DNA of 64,000 nt from positions 28,554,912 to 28,618,911 of the forward strand of contig NC_092675.1 of assembly GCF_964355755.1 (NCBI RefSeq), read 5' to 3'. The notes beneath the pieces are model-generated. The model saw only the letters and a program-made list of their open reading frames with translations, was not told where the DNA came from and ran no database searches. The stretch is from Antedon mediterranea. Taxonomy: Eukaryota; Animalia; Echinodermata. The position numbers were made by a program, and so were the translations under genes. This document shows, piece by piece, positions 13,401 to 27,277 of this stretch. Position 1 is the first letter of the stretch; every line of letters begins with the position of its first letter.

Positions 13401-13931
13401 CTGCAAGCAGACAAACACAATTACACTGACAATTTAGGCCTATCGAAATAACATTTGGAAGACATACAATACTGAGCACCAAAATGCAAATTGCACGTTA
13501 ACAATTATTTTAACCGCTATGTATTAATTTTTTGCGTGAACATTTTTCTAAACTTATCTAATATTCTAAGACATTTCAATCCGCATTTAACCATTTCGGG
13601 ATTAGGCCTACCGTATGTTAGGTTAACGGATTTGATTCGTTTTAACGGTGGGTTACGCATTTAACACGAATTTGGCGTGTGTATTCTTGTAAAGTATTAT
13701 CATCACGAGATATAACATGATCATATTTGTTTAGTAACTTTCTTTTTTAGTATTATTGTATTGTTTCCTTTTCATGTATTTGTGTTTGTAAGTTAAATTA
13801 TTCTTCATAATTGTTTTCTTTTAGCAATTAAAGTTTATGATTTAATTTATATATTAAAAACCAATGTGGAACAATAGTTTACAATGATTAATAATGATAA
13901 TAAAGCTATGATGACTGTACAAACATAGCAC

Positions 13932-14009
13932 CTGCATCATGCGTATCTCCATCTGGGTCTTTGTATTTCCATCCTCCATTTTCAGGATATATCAGGTAGC
14001 AATTCGGAC
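13932..14009 (-). CDS. Lectin-receptor gene, short upstream exon
   Basis: CAG/GT phase 1-1 exon GPNCYLIYPENGGWKYKDPDGDTHDA, in phase with the next exon. Confidence 0.45.
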
Positions 14010-17000
14010 CTGAACAATCAAAACCACTATAAAACACAAATAGATCAATTAAAATGATGAGTGGGATAGATTTAATATACTTCGCGAATGGACAGTTGTT
14101 TCGTATACTTTTGCAAATGCAAACACATACTAGGTCTACATAAAATTGCTTTGTATCTGTCTAACGTATTATTAGACGTAGGCCTTACCTACTTACTTTG
14201 TTACTTGACAAAATAGAATTTTGCCAAGTATAGTACCGGTACTTTCTTTGTATGTTAGTACGATAGCGCCCATGGGCTTCTTTTCGAGGTTTATGGTGTG
14301 ACTTTGCCAAGTACTTGTGTTTTCAAATGTTTAATAATTACATTCATATGATCTTAATATCTTTACCTATGTTTTGTTTTCAGGACAATTTCAGCTTCGT
14401 AATATATTCTTGAAGTTATGATTAAAGTTTTTGTTTCCATTTAGTTTAGGCCTATTCGTCCAGACACGTTGACCTTTATATTATATAACATGTAAAATTA
14501 TATTACACAAACCGTACTAATGGTCCGATAGGCAGAAATCATCGATTTTATTTATGTTTGAGAATAATATACATTTTAGTCATGGAAGACGTGTTCTACA
14601 AATTGTAGGCCTACGATTTACATACATAATACTATCTGTTGGCCTATAACCAAAGATGTGCCCCTGAGAACTACAATAATAGTCAAATTGTTTGTGTGGT
14701 GGGCAAAAATATAATACGAAGCAAAGCATATAGCACTAAGCATTTTGCTCCGGCCTACTTACGGAGGACATGTTGCACCACTCCATATTATTAGCATGCA
14801 TATTACTGATAAACATTGCAGCCATTGTGAGCTATGCATGTTGCTGTTCCCACAACTGTTGTTATTGATAGAATAACACGGAAATTACTACTGTTATTAT
14901 CATAGCACAAACTGAAAGTATTGACATTTCCTGCGTAAGACAATACAGATTTAAACGGATACATAGATGGCGTAAAGGCCCATTTACACTAGGGCGATAA
15001 CGATCGACGATAAAATGATATATATGCCTTTTCATACCTAAAACAAAAGAATGTTAAAAAGTTTTCCGCCTACAACTACAGGATTATCATCTATGCTGCT
15101 TTTGATGAAAATAATATTTTCACACGTCCAATCAAATATCGAGACAACAACGAATTATTGCTTTATTGATCATGACGTCATTTGATTGGATTTTTAGAAA
15201 TATTATTTTTATAAAATGCAGCATAAATTATTATCCTATCGTTCTAGAAGGAAAACTGTTTTCCTTTGTTTTATGCAAGAAAAATGTATGTTTATCTATT
15301 TATCGTAATACCCGATAGGCCCTGCTTTGATTAAATAGAGCATTTCAGACTATATTTTACGTACACAAAATGTTTACACAACATTTGTACATAAAACTGA
15401 TTGTTAAACTAAAATAATTGATAATAATCATGTATTTTACTACCATTCTTCATTTTTACATTAATCAACATCTCGTATCTATAATTGTAAATGAAAACAA
15501 ATATGGTTAATACTGAATTCAAGCATCTTATTATGTAAATATACCTGTATTTTAACTACTTTAAACACTTACTTTAATTGTCACAAATGTACATATATCC
15601 TGCATAAAATATTATTATTCATAACTGAGAATTTAAATGAACGTGAGATAAACTCACACAAGACAAAAAAAATTAATAAATAATTATTTCTTCTTATTAA
15701 ATAGAATATCAATTTTAAAAAGCATCATTTAATGAAGAGAGAACAATAATTAAAACTTCTAAACTTCAAAAAGTCGAGCGGAGTTTTTTTTAGGAAATAT
15801 TTCTTGTTTAAATGTTACCGTAGTCGAGGTTATTCAGAGCGTCATCTCTACGGAGCGCCATTTATGCCTTTATTTACATCCGAAATAGAAATAGTACTAC
15901 GGTAACTGCTCAAGTGGATCACATTTGGCACCAGTGGAGCACAGTGATATAGAATAGAAATAAATCACTGCATTTAAATATATTTTCATATATTATTACA
16001 CTGTGCTCAAGTGGACCAAATTTGGCACCTGTGGAGCAGTGATATAAAATAGAAATAAGTCACTGCATTTTAAAATCTTTTCGTATGTTAATACACTGTG
16101 CATGCTCAAGTGGACCCAATTTGGCGCCAGTGGAGTACAGTGATATAAAATACAAATAAAGTCACTGAATTTTAATATCTTTTTGTATGTTAATACACTG
16201 TGCTTAATTGAACCCAATTTGCCGGGGAGCACAGTGGTATATAGAAATAAAGTCACTAAATTTTAATAAATTTAAGAAACAACAATATCCTTTGTATTTC
16301 CTTTATCATGGTTTGGCCTACATCAGTAGATTAAGTTTATCTTATAATAGTTTAGTCCAGGCCCATCCCCATATCGACATTTTTAATTCCAATCTTTATC
16401 TGTTTCGTCGTAATTTAAGTGTTTCTGAGTTGTAATTGTCTTTGTATCTGTAACCAAGCTGTAAGTGGTGGATTTGTTTCTGCTGTTGTTTCTGGTTTAA
16501 AAAACTAGAGACTTAATATTTAATTTCATATTTCAATGAATAGGTGCACTTTCCGGAGACAAGCTCTATTCTCCTGGTGAGTCTTATATAGTTTGTTTGT
16601 GCCGTTTTTTTCGGGCGGGAACCGATGCAGCTCTATTTTTCAAAATTGTCTTTGCTCTGTACTGAAGATTCTTATATAATATGTTGTTTAAAACAATAAT
16701 AGATGTCATTTCCGGGGACCTTTGCAGCTCTATTTTAAACAGTTTGGTATGCCGTGCGTTGTTATGCAAATGAGTTTGTACAGGTGTATTATGGGGAAGA
16801 TGGTATGTTAGTCATTCGCGGTAAACACGCCACACTGTTAAATTTGATGTCGTTAATCTTTACATTAGAAGATTTTTCATTCAAATCATGTAAATAAAAC
16901 ATTTTCCGGGCAGGAACCTAGCAGCTCTTCTCTTTTAGTTTGCAAAAGTAATCTCGAAAAGAACTCCATGTGGAAAAGAAGCCCACTCAAGAGTACTAAA

Positions 17001-17179
17001 AATGAAGGAGCACATGGGCTTCTTTTCGAGGTTTTATGGCAGTCTATTTAATGGAAAATAATGCTATGCAACTTTGTTTTTGATTTAAAAAAAGGTCCAC
17101 TTGTTTAGGCCTGACATTTACAACTCTCAAAATATCTCTCTTTCAAAATCAAAGAAAAACAATATTTATTTTCAATTCC

Positions 17180-17272
17180 AAAAAAAAAAAAAAAAAATAT
17201 TCGCAGAGGTTCGAACCCAATCTACTAGAGCTGAGAGCACCCAAACCTGAACATTGCCCGTTCGGCCACAAA
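17180..17272 (-). ncRNA. tRNA-like Pol III unit (degenerate)
   Basis: A box TGGCCGAACGG, B box GGGTTCGAACC, then a long T-run. Confidence 0.35.
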
Positions 17273-17373
17273 GTAGTACATGACTTAACAGCTAATAATA
17301 GTCTATTTATACGTGTATTACGTAATTCATCATTACGTCATAAATATCCTATTAACCGTGTTAAAATCCAAAT

Positions 17374-17627
17374 CACCAGTTAGCTCAGTCGCCTGAGCGT
17401 CGTGTTGACAACACGTATGTCGTGGGTTCGACTCCCACGCTGGTCGGTGGAATAGAGTTAAAGGTATGCGACCAACTGTGTTTGGGGTTCACAGAATTAT
17501 ACGTCCACCACACATCATGAGGCGACAACATCAATGCATCTGGTGATGTGCTGGAAACGACCCCAAAAGGCTGTGGCAGGGCCTTAGTGCTGAGGCAGGG
17601 AGAGCACATTCAACATCTTTTTTTTTT
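17374..17627 (+). ncRNA. tRNA-derived unit (SINE-like head, ~170-nt body, T-run)
   Basis: Cloverleaf at 17374-17445 resembling tRNA-Ile with loop TTGACAA; A box TAGCTCAGTCG, B box GGTTCGACTCC. Confidence 0.5.
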
Positions 17628-19581
17628 CAACCTGTATTCGATCTCGTAAATTTTATGTTTGCCGCCCTCAATTTTAAAAGAAATTGAATTTACTATTTTC
17701 ATCGCAGGTGTACGAAACGGTTTGGTATGCCGTGCGTTGTTATGCAATGGTTGTGCAGGTGTAGTGGGAAAGATGCAATTGTTGTCATTCGCGGTCAACA
17801 CGCCACACTGTTAAATTTTGATTTTGTTGATAAATGTTGCTACATTGGTAGCGAAATGTCCGATTCATGCAAGATATTGTATTGTAATATGTTATGAATA
17901 CACGTTTATGGTATAGTTAGTGTGTATGGCCGCACCGTCCAGAATAAACATGTTTTAAACAGATAGTTTGTCTCCGATGGTTTTTGTATGGGGTTAATGG
18001 AGAGTTTATAATTTATATCACTGTGCTCCACTGGTGCCAAATTAGGTCCACTTGAGCACAGTGTATTAACATACGAAAGATATTGAAACTTAAGCGACTT
18101 CAAATTAGGTCCACTTGAGCACAGTGTATTAACATACTAAAAGATATTAAAATTAAGTTACTTTATTTCTATTTTATATCACTGTGCTCCACTGGCGCCA
18201 AATTAGGTCCACTTGAGCACAGTGTATTAACATACGAAACGATATTAAAAGTAGTGACTTATTTCTATTTTATATCACTGTGCTACCCTGGTGCTAAATT
18301 GGGTCCACTTGAGCAGTTACCGTAGTACTATTTATATTATTGAAGTTAATAAAGGCATAAATGGCGCTCCGTAGAGAAGTATCTTTACTCCGTCTAGACC
18401 TTGACTAGTGTTTGAGGTGTGTTATTTTTCCTGTACCGTATATGTGATGCCTAGAAAGTAAATAATCATATACCTAAAATCGAAACTCAACAAAAGGATT
18501 TTAAGGAATCTGTTTAAATCTTTGCTTTAAAAAAAAAATCCTTAGAAATTTTGTTTATTTTGTATTGTTTTGTAATTTTTGTTGTGCCGAAATCAAATCA
18601 ATTATTAATATTAGTACCGACGATTAATATTTTTATGAATTATTTTGCAGTTTAAAAAAAGTATATGATTTATAAAATATACATAAATTATAAAACCAAA
18701 AACCTATTTGTTTGACTACGGAAGATTTTTCTATGTTTTGCTTTAAAGTTCTTTTAGGCCTATTTTTTTTTTCAAATCCAATTTTTTGTAAAGTGAATAA
18801 CTATTATGTTACAAATGGAATTAAAAATTATTCAAAAAAAACAAATATTATTTCAGGGGACAATATATCTTGAAATGTACAGTATTTTTCATTAATAGAT
18901 CAAGATAATAGCCGTAAAAAACCGACACCTGCTCATTAAAAGAAAAAAATAATAACAAAGTAAAGAGCGCCATCTATTGACATAGTTTCTTATTTCCATA
19001 GAAGCAAAACACTTTGACTCGACATTGTTTGTTTCGTGAGTGAAAATTGTCTTTTGAATTCCATCTTTCAATTTGTTAGCGCCACTATTTACTATCAAAT
19101 ATTAGGTAAATATAACACAGGTTTTTATTATATTACTCAACCAATATATTACTGTGTGGACAGTTTATCAGGTAATTGATGGATAAAACTAAGCAGTTAG
19201 AAGCTAGGCCTATAGGCTAGGCATGTACGGTAGTAGGTAGGGGTTTGCAGCAGGTTGTTTGCCGGCTGCATGACAATCAAGCCGGCTCCCTTGAACCATG
19301 ATAGAATCCAGCCTTGATACGCATGCCTTTACTTACATTATGCTCTTTTAGTGTTTTTGTTATTAAATGTATAAACAACATACTTTTAATTTTGTTATTT
19401 TAAAAATAATAAAATTAATATTTTTTGGGCTTGTGATGTGTTTTATAATAGGCCTATTATTATTTATTAATTATAGTCTACAGTCAACACAAAATTCATT
19501 GAGTTATCCAAGTCATATTTGTATGTGTCAAGCGAGTCATGTCAGACAAAATGTCCAGTTAATTTAATTTTTGTATACTAA

Positions 19582-19758
<177 letters not shown>

Positions 19759-20574
19759 TAAGTGAACAAATCATGTTAATATCATGCTTTTTAATAGTTT
19801 TATTTTTCATTTATTTCAATGATATAGCATCTGTAATTCAATTCAAACTCACTTTAAAAAAAATGAAAATTTCTTAAAATTAAAAAGAAAAATCTCAACA
19901 ATCTTGTAACCTACTTTAAGAAATTGGAAAGCATTCTTTTACTCTAATAACAATAGATTTGTTCACACTATCTCCTATAGTAAACAAAGAATTTAAATAG
20001 GCTCACTTACATTCCATTCAAACTAAAGAGGGACTTTCATTTAAATGGTAATTTGAAATATAACAATTGCACAGTATGTAATTAATTTATAAACAAATGT
20101 TTTCATACCCGAAAATTATTACCCCTCCCTCATCAAGTTTTTGAGCGGCATGAATTGTTTTACTATAATAACTATTTTAACAAGTAGGAAATAATATTAT
20201 TTTAAAATGACTACAAAATTATAAATCTCATCAGACAGAATTTTATAAACATAATTCTTTCCCCTTTTTTTCTCCTTTACCATACCACCTAGATTGTTTT
20301 AGATCTAGTTTAAGTAGGACAGGAGGCGCCTGAGTCCGGGATGACCGAGACACAGCTGGTGCTGACCGGGGTTCAATTAGACCGATCCCTGATTAGCATT
20401 TGGGGTTTTTTTTTTTTTGCCATGGTTGGAATCCCTTTTATCGTATTTAGTTTATGTACAGCGCTTAAATGTTTCACAACATTAGGCGCTACAGTATATA
20501 AATCCAGGATATTATTATTATAATATAATAGTTTATATTTGTTATTTTTTGAAATATTGAAATATATATTTATA

Positions 20575-20833
20575 CTGGGTAACCTCTTCAGTCAAAGACT
20601 GGTCTCCCAGAGGGCCCAGTTGGTGATCAGTGGCTGTGATGTACTAATACACCGGGGTAACCCTCTACTCGTCTCGAAAGATGTACTAGGTTCTTTAAAG
20701 TGCACACGAGCTAGATGTGTACACTGGACCTACCTATAGTCCTTATCCGAGAAGACTCGTTCTACCACCAAAACCATGGAGTGAGTGAGCCTCGAACCCG
20801 TGCCGATGTTATGGCTACGTAATTACGGTTCCA
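20575..20833 (-). mobile_element. tRNA-derived SINE (Meta-domain-like), 5'-truncated
   Basis: Reverse-complement homolog of 21176-21490, including B box GGGTTCGAGGC. Confidence 0.75.
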
Positions 20834-20847
20834 ACTTATTCTTTCAG

Positions 20848-21025
20848 AGTTTTTAGAATAATGGATGACGATGGCAACAGGAGTATAGACTACAAGGAAT
20901 TTAAGAAAGGTATCCATGACTACGGAGTAGATATTGACGATGAACAAGTGAAGAAGATGTACACAGCGTTTGATTCTGATAAAAGTGGAAACATCGATTT
21001 TGATGAATTCCTAAAAGCACTTAGA
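20848..21025 (+). CDS. CAPSL: CAPSL exon 2 (EF-hands 1-2)
   Basis: VFRIMDDDGNRSIDYKEF...FDSDKSGNIDFDEFLKALR. Confidence 0.95.
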
Positions 21026-21175
21026 GTAAGTATTGACATATCAGGTACTTGGTTCTTATTTGCAATGTTCTTTTTTATTTATGTATGTATTGTAAAATAA
21101 GTAGTTGGCAGTGTAGACCAGCTCTAGGTTTACTTATGGCATAAAATAGTGGAGAAGTTATATCTAGATGGTTAA

Positions 21176-21490
21176 GACGCGAGTGAGTGGCCGAGCAGTT
21201 AAGACAGTGGAACCGTAATACGTAGCTATAACATCGGCAAGGGTTCGAGGCTCACTCACTCCATGGTTCTGGTGGTAGAGCAAGTCTTCAGGGATATGGA
21301 CTATAAACCATAGGTCCAGTGTACACATCTGGCTCATGTGCACCTAGTACATCTTTCGAGACGAGTAGGGGGTTGTACTAGTTCACACACAGCCACTGTC
21401 ACAAACTCATCATATATATACACTGGGCCCTCTGGGAGAACAGTCGTAGACCGAAGCGGCTACTCAGTATAAAGAATAAATAAATAAAAA
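21176..21490 (+). mobile_element. tRNA-derived SINE (Meta-domain-like)
   Basis: A box TGGCCGAGCAG, B box GGGTTCGAG, core GGACTATAAACCATAGGTCC, (AATA)n tail. Confidence 0.75.
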
Positions 21491-21857
21491 TACCAAGCCC
21501 CATGTCCTTCAAATTTTGTCTGATCACCATTCCTAAAGATTTGTTATAAGACTTCTGTTTTATTGTCGTCTGTGAACAAAGAACACTCTTGCCAATCCTT
21601 GGCAAAGTGCCTAAAGTCGGGCTTAGTCCCCATAAACAACCGACTTTTTTTCAAAGTAATACACCTTTGCATACATAATCGCAGTAGAATTGTGTTCATG
21701 TGAACATATTTAATTTGACTGAACGAAAAGAAACTAAACGCAAATGAAAACTTTGAATCACTCAGTACGTGCGTTATGAGTTCTATGTCTATTAGTTTAT
21801 TTATTCATGTTATTTCACTGTTATTATGAGTTTAACTTTTTTTTTAATTTCTCTTAG

Positions 21858-22127
<270 letters not shown>

Positions 22128-22611
22128 TAAAAGTTTGCATGGTGAATAAACACTAGTTAAGTAAGGTTTGTGAGACACTACAGTATTCGTTTTTTTTTTT
22201 AAATACTGTAAAAAAAAATGTAGAATGTTTTGTAAGTTTCAGTTGTTATTCTACAATATAACCGTCTTCTGGAGTAATGACTATTTTTAGAAACACACAG
22301 TGCAATGCAGAACTTACTTTTCTTACTGTACTATATAACCAAACAACCATCAAATTCATGCACTGTATCAATATCAATTGTTATCACAAAACATTATATT
22401 TTGTTTTATTAAGTAACTTACACCAAGAAAAGTGTAACATTTTATTTATTTTCATTTGTTTCATAAACCAATTTCTTTTATTATTAATGATTACAAATGC
22501 ATATTACACAAAAATATACTCATTATATTATATTTAAAAATCAAAATAATTCATTTTGCCGACATGTCAATAATTGTATTATAATCTCCTTCATTTTTTA
22601 TAAAAACATAA

Positions 22612-22719
<108 letters not shown>

Positions 22720-22884
22720 GGGCGCTTGTCATTCATCCATCAGACATCTCAGCTTTTCATTTATGTACGTTTCAGATCATCTTCATTTATTATAATTATC
22801 ACTCTGAAAATGACCATGCTTTGTTTTGGGTGTGAATGAACTTTTACTTTCTCTTTTTTTTTTTTTTTTCATATGTTTTCATAG

Positions 22885-24201
22885 TAGCCTGGGTGCAAAA
22901 CAATTATTATACACATTTGCAGGAAAAAAGTACAGGAAAATTTTTTTGGGGGTTTTCTGATAGAGTATACCATATGGAATGTCAGAAAAAAAATCCCCAT
23001 CCCAGGGTCTTGGGGAAAAGTTTTTATGGCACTTTTAAATTTTGGCCTACAGTATATAACACACACAAATTCCTATTAACATACACAAATACCTATATAT
23101 AGGGGATAGGGAAAATCAATTAACAGTTTTTGTTACTTGCAGTTGTGTTTTAATGATTAAAATTAGTAGAGGCTTACTTTAATAACTACTCCTCATAGTA
23201 GTTGATGAATCAAGTCGATACGATGACATCATTATGCCAGAATCCAATATGGCGTCCAAATTGGCGGGGAAAACAGGGTATTGCTAAACCCCCGCAAACC
23301 CTGGAAACCTAAAAAAAAAACATAGAAAACCCCACCGAACCGACATAAAAGTGATTGAATCATGGAGTGGGTATGTCCATGTAAAAAAATTTAAATTTCT
23401 ACTGTTAACTACTTATTTTTGGGATAAAACATCATTTTTTTGTTAAAAATTAGCAATTATTTTTTACCAAAAAATGATGTTTTACCCCAAAAATAAGTAG
23501 TTAACAGTAGAAATTTTATTTTTTTAAAACATGGATATACCCAGTGGGTCGTACACTACATGATTCAATCACTTTTATTATGTTGGTTCGGTGGGGTTTG
23601 CTATGTTTTTTTGGAGGTTTGCAGGGTTTAGCAATCATTTTTGACTAAAAAATGATGTTTTACCCCAAAAATAAGTAGTTAACAGTAGAATTTTTTTTTT
23701 TTTTTTACATGGATATACCCAGTGGGTCGTACACTACATGATTCAATCACTTTTATGTTGGTTCGGTGGGGTTTGCTATGTTTTTTTGGAGGTTTGCAAG
23801 GGTTTGCGGGGTTTAGCAATACCCTGTTTTTTCCGCCAAATTGGACGCCATATTGGATTCTGGCATTATGATGTCATTGTTATCGACTCGATTTATCAAC
23901 TACTATGAGAAGTAGTTATTAAAGTAAGCCTCAGCAAATTTTAATCATCATAACACAACTCCAAGTAAAAAAAAACGTGAATTGGTTTTCCCTATCCCCT
24001 ATATATAGGTATTTGTGTGTGTTAATAGGCATTTGTGTGTGTTATATAGGCCAAAATTTAAAAGTGCCGTAAAAACTTTTCCCCAAGACCCTGGGATGGG
24101 GATTTTTTTTCTGACATTCTATATGGTATACTCTATCAGAAAAAAAAGAAAAACATTTTCCTATACTTTTTTCCCGCAAAATTTGTACTGCACCCAGGCT
24201 A
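22885..24201. mobile_element. 1.3-kb foldback element (Academ-like TAG..CTA termini)
   Basis: TAGCCTGGGTGCA / TGCACCCAGGCTA ends; arms of ~570 bp; internal ~175-bp duplication in the right arm; no TSD seen. Confidence 0.8.
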
Positions 24202-24277
24202 GTGCTTTGAGTTAAATATAACCAACTACCTTTGGTTTACTTTAGAGTAATCAACTAAACATAATCTGAGACGATGA

Positions 24278-24421
<144 letters not shown>

Positions 24422-27015
24422 ATGCTGTTAATGCAATTACCTTCATACTCTTAATATTAATATTTTATTACAAACAAGATGTCCAAGAAAACTGAAATAT
24501 TGATAATACATGTTCACGCGATATATTGGGGTCAACGTTACTGGTATAGCGGTACTAATCGTGAGCTTACGATTTGTGATGACGTAGGAACTAGTTACGT
24601 CATGTTAATTTATTATGCGTATTCAGTCATATTTGGATGTGCTAGGATTCTAGGCCTAGTCAATAACACTTAGGTTATAACAATAACAATAGGTTGTCAC
24701 AAATTTTAAACTCCCTTTAAGTACCATATTAGAAGAAAAATATCTTGTTAAAAATGAATAAATTGGGTTGGGCTAATAAAAATGAAAGAGAACTCAATAT
24801 TTAGTCGGTTGGGTAAGGAGGATGAACCATGCGTAAAAATGTATTTTAATCCCTGTTTTTATAAAACGTAAGTCTAGACACAAAAAATAATGTTAACAAA
24901 ACATCTATGCTTCATAATATGTCAATTAGGATCACTGTTTATTAATTTCTCTATACTGTTTTAATCAATTTTGAAATAAATCTATATTATTATAATAATA
25001 TATTTAAACTGTAATTTTTAATATTATAACATTTTATTCGTTCATCTTGCTAAAAAATTGTCAGCCATCATCTTTAACTTAATTGAAAAATATTATTTTA
25101 TTATTGTAAAAAATTTTGACTGTAAAATGTATTTAGGTTTCTTTAATTCTGGCAGAAAACATTTGTAATAATTGATTAAACAAATTTGGTTAGGAAGAAA
25201 ATCATCTTAACTTTGTTTTAAGTCAATATTTTTGCTTTAGGTAGTTTTATTTTAAATAGTCTAACTAAGCAAGTATTTTTACATATTGGTTAAATCCTAA
25301 ATGATAACTGGTTTGATAAATTAAGCCTCATTTTTTCACTTAAGTACTTCTTAACTGTCATAACTTAAGCAAAAAAATTGATTTTTTATACATATTTAGT
25401 TCTCGATTTTAGATACATAGCTGTTTTACCATATACATTTAACTTGAACAAATATTTAAGTATCAACTGTTTTATTTAATGCTGTATATAATTGAAATGA
25501 CATCTTACTTGGATGAAAGAAGAAAACAGTTTAAATGTGACAAAAATAATGTTTGGTAATTTTAAAAGTATATTTTATTCTTTGATGTGTATAATATGAT
25601 GTACTGTACTTGAAAAAATTATGTAAATTAAGTACACATTATAATTATATTATGCCAAATTGAAATATTGACAAAGAAAAATCATGAATGGAATTTAATG
25701 TGGACACCTTGGTTTAGATTAAGAAAAAACAGTAAAATTTGTTATTTTTAGTAATTAGAAAAATATTTGAAGAATGCTATCATATTAGTCATCTTTATGC
25801 CTTTTAGAAATGGTAAAAAAAACAGTGTTTTAATCTTGTGAAAAATCAACAATTTAATTGATATTTATGATTTTATCACGGCCTTATAGAAGAACACCTT
25901 TATGGTGACACAAGCTTTTTCGTGTTAAAATAAAGTATTTATTATTATTATGATGATGTACTAATACGAGGGTAACACCGAGAGACATAAAAGTAAACAC
26001 AATTCTATTAGGATTTTTTCAAATATTAATGTATTACATTTCTTGTATGCTAGACGTTTTACTTGTAATATATTTGTAGTAGGTGTAAATATTTTATACT
26101 AGGTATGTCAATATTTGGTGTGGAGGCTATTGGCACTGTCGACTGTACTTCAAATTCATTGTTTCCTATTTGTACGGTCAACCATGTCTATTGCCGCGTT
26201 TTCTAATTGTATATCAGCACAGAGAACTGGGTGTGCGTCGTCCGTGCCGATAGAAAACTTTACACTAGACATGGTTGACCAGGACACAGGAAAAACCAAA
26301 TAACATGCACATACGTGTCAATAGCACTATCAAATGTAAATTGTATGGTGATTATGCATGCTGCTAAACTAAATTGATTCATGAATTTTAAATGTTTATT
26401 TGGATCGTATTCAAATAAAACCAGTTAACAAATGTTTGTTTATAATTAGTTGATTAATTTTGAAATGCTCAGAAATGTGCTAATAAGTAACCCTTTCAGT
26501 TTTAAAAGCGCGTACACGCGTAATTTATTGCGGTACACGCCATTATTTTCCATAAACTTGATCGTTGATATTCGCATGCGTCAATGAAAAATCTTTCACG
26601 TGTATGATCAATCATAAAATTTAATAAAATCATACGTAGATCTAACTTAAGCTGCTCAACTCTAGCATAAAAGTGACGCACAACTTAAAACGTTACAACC
26701 TATAAATGTTATGTTGACAGTGAAAATAAGGCAACTTGTTCTATTTGTTTACAAGTTCTAGAGAACCAAAAGTCGCGAAAAGAAATTAGGAAAATAAAAC
26801 ATTAGTAATTGTTTTGAAGAAAAGATTCTTGACAATCACACAGCACTGCAATCAACTGGTTATCCGTCAAAGTTCAAATAACCATGTAATGGTCTGGTAA
26901 TGTGATTTATCTAAATGTTTAAAAGAAGTTAGAACTATTAAAGATGTATGAAAAATCTTTTCCAATTATGTATCATCAAACCAAATCATTGAGTTAAAGT
27001 TTCTATTACGATTAA

Positions 27016-27277
27016 CGATTCTAACGATTTGTACGTCGAGATTTCTAATATTACAATTTGTACGAGATTTCTAATGTTACGATTTGTACGAGATTTCTTA
27101 TATTACAATTTGTACGTCGAGATTTCTAATATTACGATTTGTACGAGATTTTTAATGTTACGATTTGTACGAGATTTCTATTACGATTTGTAAGAGATTT
27201 TTAATATTACGATTTGTACGAGATTTCTAAAATTACAATTTGTACGTCGAGATTTCTAATATTACGATTTGTACAAG
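27016..27277. repeat. Tandem repeat, 26-29-bp unit GATTTGTACG(TCG)AGATTTCTAATATTAC
   Basis: About 9 consecutive copies visible. Confidence 0.85.

Larger units (their letters stand above)
15849..18373. mobile_element. Foldback DNA element (IS3EU-like TAC..GTA termini) with long TIRs built of ~87-bp repeats
   Basis: TACGGAGCGCCATTTATGCCTTTATT at both ends in inverted orientation; repeats of TGCTCAAGTGGACC...GGAGCACAGTGATAT; no TSD seen. Confidence 0.7.

Noticed and set aside
14268-14300. Histone 3' stem-loop-like GGGCTTCTTTTCGAGG
   Set aside because: Recurs near 17015 and 57635 as part of a TACCGTAAAACCTCGAAAAG MITE terminus; no histone gene nearby.
14763-14839. Signal-peptide first exon for the lectin receptor (MHSSQWLQCLSVICMLIIWSGATCP, GTAAGT donor, minus strand)
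   Set aside because: Plausible, but it ends in phase 2 while the next exon needs phase 1 and I found no bridging exon; left uncalled.
17374-17445. Functional tRNA-Val(GAC)
   Set aside because: Mismatched first acceptor pair, D-loop lacks GG, Ile-like body, anticodon normally absent in eukaryotes, and it runs on into a non-tRNA body.
17540-17562. Hammerhead ribozyme (CTGGTGA...GAAAC)
   Set aside because: Core deviates from CTGANGA, no proper stem II, and no matching NUH site.
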